Shown piece after piece: positions 46,156 through 55,465 of a DNA stretch of 64,000 nucleotides (position 1 is its first letter; each line of letters starts with the position of its first letter). Source of the DNA: a virus. The notes under the pieces were generated by a model, which was not told the origin of the DNA, searched no databases, and saw nothing but the letters and a program-made list of their open reading frames with translations. A program made the translations under genes and the position numbers. The stretch covers positions 1-64,000 of IMG/VR virus record IMGVR_UViG_3300034063_001922; one strand, given 5' to 3'.

Positions 46156-46935
46156 ATGCCCTACCCCCTGCCCGAGCAACCAGCCACGGTGGGCGGGGTA
46201 CGGGTGCGGCTGCTCCCTCCCCTCGGCTGCCCCGGCACCGAGCAGTGGGTGCTGCCGATGGAGTTCGGCCGTTGGGAAGAACTCGGTTACCGCAAGGGCC
46301 CGGTGCCGGCGAACGACCTGGAGCTGTTCTGGCTGCCGGCCGATCGCCGCTGGAATGAACCGATCGCCTCGGTGGCGATCGAGCTGCTGATCAACCCCCG
46401 CCAGAGCATCACCTCTCCCATCTCAGTCACCTGGGGGGATGGCAGCAGCGATCTGCTGCCCTGGCCGGTCACCTCCCGCACCGCACCGCGGCTGCGGCAC
46501 GTCTACGCCCAACGAGCCGATGTCACGGTCCAGGTGCAGCTGGGGATGCTGATCGCCTCTCTGTCTGTCGCCCTGGTGGGCTGCCCCGTGCCGCCCCAAC
46601 AGCTGTTGAACAACCGTGATGGCGGTGGCGCCAGCAGCAGCGGCACCATCCAGCCCCTGATCCCCAGCAGCGGCATCACCGGTGAGCCCTACGACGGCCG
46701 CCATGCAGTGGTCTGGCGCCTGCGCCTCCACCCCAACGGTGGCCTGGGCTTCCTTCCAGATCCCAGCAGTGGCGAGCCGGCCCTGGCGGTGGTGCAGGAA
46801 TCAGGCGTCGGCAGCCGCGCCACCCGCTGGTACTCCGGCAACGGGGCCCCGCCGACGACCTTGGAGCCGCCGCCGGCGGTGGGTGACTTCTACCTCGACC
46901 GGCTCACGGGGCAGGTCTACGAACTCTCCGCCTGA
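46156..46935 (+). CDS. Structural protein with PKD-like domain and fibre-type C-terminal motif
   Basis: VTWGDGS...HVY; WYSGNGAP...GDFYLDRLTGQVY. Confidence 0.6.
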   Translation: MPYPLPEQPATVGGVRVRLLPPLGCPGTEQWVLPMEFGRWEELGYRKGPVPANDLELFWLPADRRWNEPIASVAIELLINPRQSITSPISVTWGDGSSDLLPWPVTSRTAPRLRHVYAQRADVTVQVQLGMLIASLSVALVGCPVPPQQLLNNRDGGGASSSGTIQPLIPSSGITGEPYDGRHAVVWRLRLHPNGGLGFLPDPSSGEPALAVVQESGVGSRATRWYSGNGAPPTTLEPPPAVGDFYLDRLTGQVYELSA

Positions 46936-46940
46936 TCGCT

Positions 46941-47675
46941 GTGCCTGAGCTGAACAAAGGGCTGGCCGAGCGGGTGGAGGTGTTCACCCGCGCCACCAGC
47001 GATGCCCTGCAGAAAGCCGTCGGGGACGTGCTTGATGCCCGCAGCCCCTGGCAGCTGCTCTACCGGCTCTCGCGCATCGTGCTGCTCGGCCTGGTGCTGT
47101 ACACCGCCTGGCTGCTGATCACCCTGCAGCCGGAGCTGGCCAAACGGATGAGCACCACCCCGGCCCCGACCCTGCAGGAGCAGGTGGCGGCCCATCAGGG
47201 CCAGGTGCAAGCGCTGCTGCGCACGGCGATCGACAGCAGCGGCGATGGCCTCCACACCCTGGTGCTGCTCCAGTGGGATGGAAGCAGCAGCGCCACCGTG
47301 CTGGTCGTTGCGGGGCGGGCCGGCCAGCTGGAGCTCTCCGCCGATCAGCCGCTGCTGCTGGGGGTGGAGATGGCTGCGGCCCTGGGCCATCTCGCCCTGG
47401 GCCTCTGCGCCAGCGAGCAGCCAGAAGCCCTGCCCCTCCCTCACGATTCCGGTGCATCCGGGGGGGCAACGGCGAGCGCCGCGCTGCTCTGTCCGGTGGG
47501 CTGCGGCACCACCAGCCGCCATCGCGGCCTGCTGCTGAGCCTCTACGACCAACGCTCGGCCGCCGCGGGTGAGCGGCAGCTGCGGCGGCAGCAGGAGCTG
47601 CTGTTGATCGCCCGCCGCCTCGGGGAGCTGCTGGCCGATGACGACCCCGGCTCCGGCCATGGCAAGAGACAGTGA
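46941..47675 (+). CDS. Single-pass membrane protein with possible GAF-like domain
   Basis: TM IVLLGLVLYTAWLLI; LLCPVG...GLLLSLY. Confidence 0.5.
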   Translation: MPELNKGLAERVEVFTRATSDALQKAVGDVLDARSPWQLLYRLSRIVLLGLVLYTAWLLITLQPELAKRMSTTPAPTLQEQVAAHQGQVQALLRTAIDSSGDGLHTLVLLQWDGSSSATVLVVAGRAGQLELSADQPLLLGVEMAAALGHLALGLCASEQPEALPLPHDSGASGGATASAALLCPVGCGTTSRHRGLLLSLYDQRSAAAGERQLRRQQELLLIARRLGELLADDDPGSGHGKRQ

Positions 47676-47693
47676 TCGCCGCTTCCCGCCGCC

Positions 47694-47987
47694 GTGGCCC
47701 TGTTCTGGACGCAACTGGCCTCTCTGCTCGGGCCCCCAGGCCAGGCTGGACCGCCGGGACCCCAGGGCGCCGGCGTCCCGGCCGGGGGCAGTGCCGGCCA
47801 GACCCTGCGCAAGCGCAGCGCCGCGGACTTCGACAGCGAATGGGCGACGCCCCCCGCCAGCGCTGATCTCCTCTTCATTCAGGACAGTGCACCGACGGCC
47901 GAGCAGCTGGCGGGCGCCTCCCGTTACCAGTGGTGGGACACCAGCGGCGGTGCCCTCACCCTCTACATCGAGGACGGGGTGAACTGA
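47694..47987 (+). CDS. Short collagen-like fibre protein
   Basis: GPPGQAGPPGPQG, GVPAGGSAGQTLRKRS..DFDSEW. Confidence 0.65.
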   Translation: MALFWTQLASLLGPPGQAGPPGPQGAGVPAGGSAGQTLRKRSAADFDSEWATPPASADLLFIQDSAPTAEQLAGASRYQWWDTSGGALTLYIEDGVN

Positions 47988-48310
47988 TGGCCCTGCGCAA
48001 TGCCTTTGACGATCTCGCGCTGGAATCGACCCTCCAGTCGCTGCGGCTGGCGGTCGCTGCCCTCACCCGCACCATCGGTCTGATCACGCCCGATGCGGCT
48101 GGCCGCATGCGCGTGAGCCTCGACGCGGCCCCAGCGACGGTTGCCGCCACCCAATCCGGTACCTGGAACGTCACCACCCTGACGACCCTGACCACCTGCT
48201 CCACCCTCACCAACCAGAGCCAGGTGGGCGGCTACGGCGCCAATGATCAGATCCCTGCCCTGATGCACCTTTCGGCCGATTCCCTGCGGCGCAACATCAC
48301 CGTGAGCTGA
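47987..48310 (+). CDS. Hypothetical structural protein
   Basis: TGATG-coupled; Thr-rich ATQSGTWNV. Confidence 0.6.
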   Translation: MALRNAFDDLALESTLQSLRLAVAALTRTIGLITPDAAGRMRVSLDAAPATVAATQSGTWNVTTLTTLTTCSTLTNQSQVGGYGANDQIPALMHLSADSLRRNITVS

Positions 48311-48321
48311 GGTGAATTGAG

Positions 48322-49761
48322 ATGCCCATCAGCAACGGCAACCGCAAGATCCTCGATCTCAAGCGCTGGGAGTTCTGCACCCCCGCCCCAGCCGCCACCG
48401 CCGCCGGCCACTTCATCGTCTCCAGCCGCCATTACCGCCAGCAGCAGCTGCTGGTGCAATCGAACACCGCTGCCTTCCTCTACAACCCAGCGGAGGACGG
48501 CTGGATACAGATTCCCTCCCCCGCCCTGGCAGGAACCTTTGGTGCTGGTGCCTGCGGCACTGCGGGCTCCTTTTCCACCGGGGCGACTGCTGCAGCCTCC
48601 AGCCTCACCGCAACCGCCGGCACCACCACCAGCCTCACTACCAATCAAAACCTGCAGCGGGACCTGCGGGGCTACAGCGTCTTGATCGTGGGCGGCAGCA
48701 ACGCCGGCCGGCTCAAGACCATCGCCGCCAACACCCTCGGCGCCAATGCGGTGCTTACCTTCACGGAGGCGGAGGCAACGGCCTTTGATGCCACCAGCCA
48801 GTACCGCCTGCTCACCCCCACCTTCTTTGTGCTCGGGGCCGGCACCCTCGCTGCCGGCTCGTTCCGGCGGTACGACTTCGCGACCAACAGCTGGATCACC
48901 CTGGCCCACGGCGGCCTGCCGGCCACGATCGGCACCGATGGCCGGCTGATGTCCACCCCCGCCTGGATCGACAACGGCTTCCGTTCCTTCGCCTCAGGCA
49001 CTGCCACCGCTGGGAACACAACCACCCTCATCAACACCGCCAAGGGCTGGGCCACCAACCAGTGGGCCAACAGCCAGCTCCGCATCACCGCCGGCACCGG
49101 CGCCGGTCAGATCCGCACCGTGGCGAGCAACACAGCCACCACCCTCACGCTGAGCAGCGCCTGGAGCACCGCTCCCGATGCCACCAGCCAGTACAGCCTG
49201 GAGGGCAACGACGATGCGCTGTACTTCATCGGCAACAACGCCGTCGCGCTGTACCGCTACAGCATCAGCGCCAACAGCTGGTCCACCCTCTCCCCCACAA
49301 CTGCCCGCGCTGCAGCGCCGGGGGCAGGACTTTCGGGCCACTGGATCCATTCGGTGAGTGCGAGCGACTGGAGCAGCGAGAACAGCATCCGCAATGGCCG
49401 CTACCTCTATTCCTTCCGCGGCGGCGGCTCTGCGGTGCTCGATCGGTATGACATCGCCGCCAACACCTGGGAGAACGCCCTGCCCTATGCCCCGGCGACG
49501 GAGACCTTCTCGGCGGGCACCAAGCTGGCCTACAACGGCGATTTCCTCTATCTGCAGAAGGACGCCACCAGCCGCTGGTTCCGCTACGACTTCGCCCAGT
49601 CCGCCATGGACGGCTGGACGACCATGCTCTACCCGCAAGGCGCGGCGGTGGTGGGCGACACGGCCTTTGATGTGTCCTTCCGCGATGGGAATAGCGAGAT
49701 TGTTTATATCTACATGCTGCTCAACACCTCGGCGGTGAGCCTGCGGCAGATGGTGATCTGA
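48322..49761 (+). CDS. Kelch-like beta-propeller with two inserted beta domains, candidate receptor-binding protein
   Basis: RYDFATNSW, RYSISANSW, RYDIAANTW repeats; duplicated TATAG...DATSQY module. Confidence 0.7.
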   Translation: MPISNGNRKILDLKRWEFCTPAPAATAAGHFIVSSRHYRQQQLLVQSNTAAFLYNPAEDGWIQIPSPALAGTFGAGACGTAGSFSTGATAAASSLTATAGTTTSLTTNQNLQRDLRGYSVLIVGGSNAGRLKTIAANTLGANAVLTFTEAEATAFDATSQYRLLTPTFFVLGAGTLAAGSFRRYDFATNSWITLAHGGLPATIGTDGRLMSTPAWIDNGFRSFASGTATAGNTTTLINTAKGWATNQWANSQLRITAGTGAGQIRTVASNTATTLTLSSAWSTAPDATSQYSLEGNDDALYFIGNNAVALYRYSISANSWSTLSPTTARAAAPGAGLSGHWIHSVSASDWSSENSIRNGRYLYSFRGGGSAVLDRYDIAANTWENALPYAPATETFSAGTKLAYNGDFLYLQKDATSRWFRYDFAQSAMDGWTTMLYPQGAAVVGDTAFDVSFRDGNSEIVYIYMLLNTSAVSLRQMVI

Positions 49762-49798
49762 GCCCCAAAGGGGGGCAGACGGGGAAGGACTCGATCCA

Positions 49799-49807
49799 TG
49801 GCAATAG
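49799..49807 (+). promoter_or_regulatory. TGGCAATAG motif upstream of collagen fibre gene
   Basis: Intergenic, 46 nt before the ATG. Confidence 0.55.
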
Positions 49808-49853
49808 GCAGTGACCTGCTCGGCTGCAAGGCCCGGCGCGCACTGCTTCTGCC

Positions 49854-51098
49854 ATGGGTTCCTGGAAAACCTCCGGTTCGATCCGCGGTCCTGAGGGGCC
49901 CGCCGGTCCCCAGGGCTCGCCCGGTGTGCAGGGCGTCCAGGGCCCGTCAGGTCCCCAGGGCCCCCAGGGGCCCGCCGGATTGCAGGGGACGCAAGGCCCT
50001 GCCGGATCATCTGGCCCCGCGGGCCCGACCGGCCCCCAGGGCATCCAGGGTCCGGCGGGGATCGGTATCAACTTCAAGGGCCAGGTCGCCACTCTCGCCG
50101 CCTTGCCCACAGGCGCCGCCCAGGGCGATGCCTACCTGGTGCAGGCCGATGACTCGCTGCGGGTGTGGGACAGCGGCAGCAACAGCTGGGTGAACGGCGG
50201 CTCGATCCAGGGTCCCCAGGGACCAGCCGGCGTGGCCGGCCCGACCGGCGCCGCCGGCTCCCAAGGACCAGCTGGCCCGCAAGGCCCCCAGGGCATTCAG
50301 GGTCCGGCTGGCGCCGATGGGCTGATCGGCCCCCGCGGCAGCGGCTGGTTCACCGGCACCGGCGCCCCACCGCCAACGATCCCGGGTGCTGTCGATGGCG
50401 ATCTCTACCTCGATCTGACGACGGGAACCGTCTATGTGCTCGGCCCGATTCGCATCGCGGATCTGCCCGCCATCGGCAGCGCCTTCCAGGGCGGCTTCTA
50501 TGCCGGCCTGATCAGCCATACCGCCAATGGTGTGGCCACCCATGCACTGATCATTTCGCCCAAGACTGCCGGCTCGCTGCTGAACGTGGCCTGGAAGAGC
50601 GCCAATACGTCCACGACGGGAACCACGAGCGTGTTCGACGGCTGGGCGAACAGCGAGGCGATGAACAACGGCAGCCATCCGGCCGCCCAGTTCTGCCGCT
50701 CGCTCACCATCAACGGCTACGACGATTGGTATCTACCGGCCACCCAGGAGTGGGACATCCTCTGGCGTGCCTTCAAGCCGGAGGCGACAGCTGCTGGCAC
50801 CTATTCGGGTGCTGGATTCGGCGCCAACCCCTATGCGGTGCCCCAGGGCGGCAACTACAGCGACAGCAACCCAGCCCTCACCTCCGTTCTCGACTTCCGC
50901 GCCGCCGGGGCGGAGACGCTCCGGCACTTCGATGAGAACTACGGCGACGATCCCTTCTTCCACTGGACCTCCACCCAGGCCGCCAGCGGCACGGCCTATC
51001 AGCGCACGACCTACATGGGCATCCAGCTGGCGGAGAGCAAGACGATCGCCACGGCCACCCAGGTGCGGGCGATCCGCCGCATTCAGGTGCTGCCGTAA
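49854..51098 (+). CDS. Collagen-like fibre with C-terminal C-type-lectin-fold (DUF1566-like) domain
   Basis: G-X-Y repeats; [23 protein letters not shown]. Confidence 0.8.
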   Translation: MGSWKTSGSIRGPEGPAGPQGSPGVQGVQGPSGPQGPQGPAGLQGTQGPAGSSGPAGPTGPQGIQGPAGIGINFKGQVATLAALPTGAAQGDAYLVQADDSLRVWDSGSNSWVNGGSIQGPQGPAGVAGPTGAAGSQGPAGPQGPQGIQGPAGADGLIGPRGSGWFTGTGAPPPTIPGAVDGDLYLDLTTGTVYVLGPIRIADLPAIGSAFQGGFYAGLISHTANGVATHALIISPKTAGSLLNVAWKSANTSTTGTTSVFDGWANSEAMNNGSHPAAQFCRSLTINGYDDWYLPATQEWDILWRAFKPEATAAGTYSGAGFGANPYAVPQGGNYSDSNPALTSVLDFRAAGAETLRHFDENYGDDPFFHWTSTQAASGTAYQRTTYMGIQLAESKTIATATQVRAIRRIQVLP

Positions 51099-51116
51099 CC
51101 AACCGAGGGCACGCCC

Positions 51117-51536
51117 ATGGCCAACTGGCTGCCGCGCACCCAGGTCCCCGGTCAGCGGGTGAGCGTGAGTGCCACCACCACGCCCCTGCTGCCGGGGGCC
51201 AGTGCCCTGCTCGACCTGCCTGGGCTGGGACGGCTGGGCCACTTTCTGGCCGTCAGCACCGACGCGCCGGCCTGGGTGAGCTTCTACAGCTCCGCTGCTG
51301 GCCGCGAGGCCGATGGCAGCAGGCCCATCACCCAGGACCCGGCCGCCGGGAGCGGGGTGCTGCTCGATCTGGCTACCACCCCAGCCGCCCTCACGGTCAC
51401 CGCCCCGCCAGGGGGCACTTACTTCTCAAGTGAAACCGCAGCAGCGGCGCCGCTGCTGCGGGCGGTGGTGCGCAACACCGGCACCGCCCAGGCCGCCATT
51501 GCCCTCACCGTCTCCGCCGTCGTGCTCGCCCCCTGA
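51117..51536 (+). CDS. Hypothetical fibre-associated protein
   Basis: APAWVSFY...READ.SR...DP..GSGVLLD; in structural operon. Confidence 0.6.
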   Translation: MANWLPRTQVPGQRVSVSATTTPLLPGASALLDLPGLGRLGHFLAVSTDAPAWVSFYSSAAGREADGSRPITQDPAAGSGVLLDLATTPAALTVTAPPGGTYFSSETAAAAPLLRAVVRNTGTAQAAIALTVSAVVLAP

Positions 51537-51542
51537 GCCCTG

Positions 51543-52439
51543 ATGAGCCGCACCCTGATCGACATCAGCCGCCTGGGCACCGACACCACCTGGCCCTTGG
51601 TGGCCACCGAGGTGAACGGCTGTCTGCAGAACTGGATCGCCGCGGCCAACGCCCAGGTGAACCAGCACCAGCTGCGCCTGGTCACCGCCCCCAACCCGAC
51701 TGCCACCTCCACGGACCCCTGCGGCTGGCGCATCGAGGCAACGCTGTCGCAGCTCACCCCTGGTGGTGATCCGGCGGTGCTGCTGCTGGAGGTGTTCCTG
51801 ACCGGCACCACCCTGTTGATCAAACCCGGCATCGCCAACCGGGAGCCCTACCTTGGCGGCGATGACCAGGTGAGCTGGGTGTACCCCTCAGCGGAGGTGG
51901 GTACCAGCAGCGGCACTTGGAGCACCCCGCCCCTGCCTTTTACGGCCCAGGTGGGCTGGTCGCTGTCGCCGGGGGCCGAATACTTCGTGTTCGCCTACAG
52001 CCAGCACCGCTTCACGAACAGGCAGGCGGTGCCGCTGCTGATCGCCCGCGATCAGGTGTCCGGCCACTGGACCCTGGCTGCTTCTCCCCCCTCCACCACC
52101 TTCGATGCACTGCGGGCGGTGAGCTGGAACGTGCGCTCCGGCCAGCCCGCAGGCTCCCGCACCCTGCTGCGCGATGGCATCACGGCGCCGGTGATGATCC
52201 GCCAGCCGGCCGAGCTGGTGCTCGCCACCACCGACTGGAGCTACTACGAGGGCGCCAACGTCCCGGCCCAGTTCTGGGAACCGCTGCTGCTGCCGCCGGA
52301 TTTCGCGGCGCTGAACCTCAGCAGTGCGGCAATTAGCTACTTCAAGCCGCCCGATGGCAGCGAGTGGCTGGCGATCGGCGGTCATGGCCTGCTGCTCCGC
52401 ACCAAAGACCCCACCCCAACAGCGGCGCCGACGCCATGA
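51543..52439 (+). CDS. Hypothetical structural protein
   Basis: Beta-rich, co-oriented; PGAEYF resembles PGQEFF in the next gene. Confidence 0.6.
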   Translation: MSRTLIDISRLGTDTTWPLVATEVNGCLQNWIAAANAQVNQHQLRLVTAPNPTATSTDPCGWRIEATLSQLTPGGDPAVLLLEVFLTGTTLLIKPGIANREPYLGGDDQVSWVYPSAEVGTSSGTWSTPPLPFTAQVGWSLSPGAEYFVFAYSQHRFTNRQAVPLLIARDQVSGHWTLAASPPSTTFDALRAVSWNVRSGQPAGSRTLLRDGITAPVMIRQPAELVLATTDWSYYEGANVPAQFWEPLLLPPDFAALNLSSAAISYFKPPDGSEWLAIGGHGLLLRTKDPTPTAAPTP

Positions 52440-53668
52440 CCTATCAGGTGTTCTGCCAGTCCTTTGCTCCCGGCAGCTGGAAGTGGACCAGCAAAGACCC
52501 GGCAGGGGTCGGCATGCAGATCGACGGGGCCTTTCGCGCCTTCGCTGCCCTCATCAACGCGCTGCCCGGCAACGCCAGCACGCCCCTCTCGGTTGTGCGC
52601 TCTCACGCCGATGCCACCGCCAACCGCTGGGGCTACACCTGGCAGCTGGGCCATCCCGTGGAACCCGCCCACCTCTGGTTTTTGACGGAGAGCACCACAG
52701 CCCAGGGCGACACCCAATCCAGCAGCAGCGCGGTCTTCGGAAGCGCGCCGGCCAGCACCTTCACGAGCAACACCAGCAACGGGGGCTACGGCTCCTACAG
52801 CAACTCCACCGGCTACGGCACCGGCCTGGCCTACATCGACAGCACGATCACAGGCGCCACATCGATCGGCGCGATCCTGCTCATCGCCCAGGACACCGCC
52901 CCCGGACAGGAGTTCTTCTGCTGGGCCCTCAAGACCCACGGCGGCAACGACGACCTTCACCGCGACAGCTGCCATGCCCTCTACAAGAGCCCTGGCACCA
53001 CGGGCTGGAACTCGATTGCCGTCTTCCCCCGCACCACCAAGCAGTTCTACGGGCAGGTCGTGCTGCACGGCTATTCGGGCAACCGCTTTGGTGGCCTCCC
53101 CTCCGCCATCGGCTCCAGCATCCATGCCAACGGCCACCAGCTGCGCAGCGGCATCGCCCTGGGCCACTACGACTTCGTTCTCCAGGCCCAGGGCCAGTTC
53201 GATTCCCCGCCGCCACTGATCCAGCTGCCGGCTCCGCTGTTCATCGGATCCACCAGCATCCGTGGCGCCAGCACCCATTTCGGCAAGGTGACCCGCCCCG
53301 ATGGGGTGATGCTGCAGCTGGGCCAGCGCTCGACCGAACGGGACGTGTGGCTGTGGGTGCCCATTGGCACCAGCCACAACCAGCCCAGCCCCTGGAGTTC
53401 GCCCCTGGCCCTGAGCCACTGGCGGGAGTGCAATGAGCTGCACTTCGTCAGCAGCCTGCCCCCGGGGGGGATGCAGCTGGTCTCCGGTTCGGCGGACTTC
53501 ATCCGCCACTTCCCGCCGATGAGTGCGATGGGCGCCCGCCAGCATCCGCAACAGGGCCCCCTGCTTACCGGCTCCGGTGGCGGAGGCAGCGGTGGTGGTG
53601 GCGGTGGGGAAACGGGTGGCGGAGTGACGCGACCCGCAACTGGGCTGCTCTGGCCGCGGGGGACCTGA
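52436..53668 (+). CDS. Hypothetical structural protein
   Basis: ATGA-coupled; Gly linker and terminal RPATGLLWPRG motif. Confidence 0.6.
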   Translation: MTYQVFCQSFAPGSWKWTSKDPAGVGMQIDGAFRAFAALINALPGNASTPLSVVRSHADATANRWGYTWQLGHPVEPAHLWFLTESTTAQGDTQSSSSAVFGSAPASTFTSNTSNGGYGSYSNSTGYGTGLAYIDSTITGATSIGAILLIAQDTAPGQEFFCWALKTHGGNDDLHRDSCHALYKSPGTTGWNSIAVFPRTTKQFYGQVVLHGYSGNRFGGLPSAIGSSIHANGHQLRSGIALGHYDFVLQAQGQFDSPPPLIQLPAPLFIGSTSIRGASTHFGKVTRPDGVMLQLGQRSTERDVWLWVPIGTSHNQPSPWSSPLALSHWRECNELHFVSSLPPGGMQLVSGSADFIRHFPPMSAMGARQHPQQGPLLTGSGGGGSGGGGGGETGGGVTRPATGLLWPRGT

Positions 53669-53786
53669 TCAGCAGAAGGGGAAGGACCGGAGCAGAAGGA
53701 CTCAGCTGCGTCGGATGTCTCGGACCGGACTCTTGAGCCGCGTCCGCGTGCTTGGGATCCTGAACTCAACCGCTATCGCGATCGCC

Positions 53787-53981
53787 ATGACCCTGTCCAC
53801 GGCCGACATCTCCATCCAGCTGTTGATGGACACCATGAATGCACTGCAGGAGATCGAGAGTCGGGTGACCGCACGCACATTCGCGGCGGTGATGGATCCC
53901 ACCAAAGGGCCAGAGGTTCGCGATGTGCTGGCTCAGCTGTTGGCCGTTCTGGATGAAACAAGCAGCGATGGGGTGATCTGA
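53787..53981 (+). CDS. Small hypothetical protein
   Basis: Helical 64-aa ORF. Confidence 0.4.
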   Translation: MTLSTADISIQLLMDTMNALQEIESRVTARTFAAVMDPTKGPEVRDVLAQLLAVLDETSSDGVI

Positions 53982-54099
53982 GCGCCAGTGAGGCGGAGGA
54001 ATGAAGCGTGCTGACCAGGCGCCTGCCCGGCCCACCCCAGTCCATCCCCTTGGGCGGGAGGAAAAGCCGGGATCTGGGCTCCCGGCAGGCCCGTGCGGA

Positions 54100-54438
54100 T
54101 CAGGCCATCTGCAGCCGCAACTTAGCCAGCGCCTCGCGCTCGGCCTCCAGCTGGCAGCGGTGCAGCAGCTCCTGCTGGGCCAGCAGCCGCTCATCCAGCT
54201 CATCAACTCGCTTGATGCACTGCTGGATCGCCGGGATCACCTCCTCCTCGAGCAGCGTGATCTCCTCTTCTCCATACGGCTGCTCGATCCAGGTGCGGCG
54301 CAGCGGCAGCCCCCTGCTGCGCCGCAGGATCTCCTCCATCGAGCGCAGCGTGGACTCGAGCAGCAGAAACGGATCCTCCTCGGGCCGGCAGAACGGGGAG
54401 CGGGCAACAGCCGAGGCGCTGGCAGTGAGCATGGCCAT
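54100..54438 (-). CDS. Small coiled-coil hypothetical protein
   Basis: Good coding pattern. Confidence 0.55.
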   Translation of the reverse strand: MAMLTASASAVARSPFCRPEEDPFLLLESTLRSMEEILRRSRGLPLRRTWIEQPYGEEEITLLEEEVIPAIQQCIKRVDELDERLLAQQELLHRCQLEAEREALAKLRLQMA

Positions 54439-54551
54439 GACAATCGGCGCCGAGAGCGGCGCAGCGACGGGACCGATCCCAGCCGGGGCCCGACGCCAGG
54501 AGGGCCCCAGACTGGAGAGGCCCGGAGCAAGCCCCATCGGGCCCTGCCCCC

Positions 54552-55277
54552 TCACCGGCAGTGGGCCGCCGCTGCTGCGGCGCGGGCGCCATGGGCCGGA
54601 AAGGTGATCACGAACCCGCGATCGGCCTGGGCGCAGAGGGGAAGACCAAAGCGGCCGCCGCAGCTGATGCACTGCACCTTGCGGCCGGCTCTCCCCTGGC
54701 GGCTGGCGGGGCAGGCCACGAACCGCACGCCCTCGTGGCGGAATACCGCCGGCGCATCGGAGGGCACCACGCAGACCGCCGGGATGCCCTGACGCACCAA
54801 CGCCGCCGCCCTGGAGCGGGACTCAGTGGAGGCATTGACCACCAGCCCCTTGGCCGCTGCCAGCCGCAGGGTGGCTTGATTGGCAGGGCCCATCGGGAAG
54901 TGGGTGAACGACCAGGCGGCCCGCAGATGCCTGGTGGCCTTGGCCAGCTGGAGCAGCAGGGCCTGATCGATGCGCAGCGGATCGGCCGGATCAGGCCACT
55001 GATCACCGGCGACGCAATGGCGGAAAAGGATGCCCGCCGGCAGCGCCATCACCTGGCGAAGGAAGGCCGCTGCCGGAAAGCCGCTCTCGCCGCGGCTGAG
55101 CCGATCCCAGTGCAGCCGGGTGTGGAAGCCAGCCTCGGCGTAGCAGCCCTGATCGCCAGCCAGGGGGCAGCTGGAGGGACAGGTTTGCCGGCTGGTGCTG
55201 GAGACAGCGATCGGGCCGGTTTTGCCGTTGTCCGACGGGAAGGACAGGGATGCACGGTGGGACTCGGCAGCAGCCAC
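54552..55277 (-). CDS. Cys-rich phage protein (Gp88-like)
   Basis: NGKTGPI..STSRQTCP.SCP....GCYA, RHCVAGD, CPA..C..C..LC, FPAHG; start uncertain. Confidence 0.65.
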   Translation of the reverse strand: MAAAESHRASLSFPSDNGKTGPIAVSSTSRQTCPSSCPLAGDQGCYAEAGFHTRLHWDRLSRGESGFPAAAFLRQVMALPAGILFRHCVAGDQWPDPADPLRIDQALLLQLAKATRHLRAAWSFTHFPMGPANQATLRLAAAKGLVVNASTESRSRAAALVRQGIPAVCVVPSDAPAVFRHEGVRFVACPASRQGRAGRKVQCISCGGRFGLPLCAQADRGFVITFPAHGARAAAAAAHCR

Positions 55278-55318
55278 AGGAGGGGTGACGCAGGACCCGC
55301 CCTGCAACCGCGCCGACA

Positions 55319-55397
55319 GGCAAGGGCCAGCCACCAGCGAATGGCGGAGCGCAGCGGAGCCCAACGTCCAGCCCGGCTGGCTGGTGAAACCCTTGCC
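55319..55397. promoter_or_regulatory. Hairpin element, homologous to 44043-44119
   Basis: GGCAAGGG...GCGGAGCGCAGCGGAGCCCAACGTCCA...CCCTTGCC. Confidence 0.55.
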
Positions 55398-55465
55398 GAG
55401 GCGCGGAGCATGGAAGGGCCTGCGGCACCGACCCCACGACGCAGACGATCGCTCTCAGGCACCCC

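Noticed and set aside
49880-50340. Tandem repeat or CRISPR array
   Set aside because: Periodicity comes from Gly-X-Y collagen codons; no repeat-spacer array seen anywhere in the window
49854-51098. Complete diversity-generating retroelement
   Set aside because: No reverse transcriptase or template repeat seen in the window
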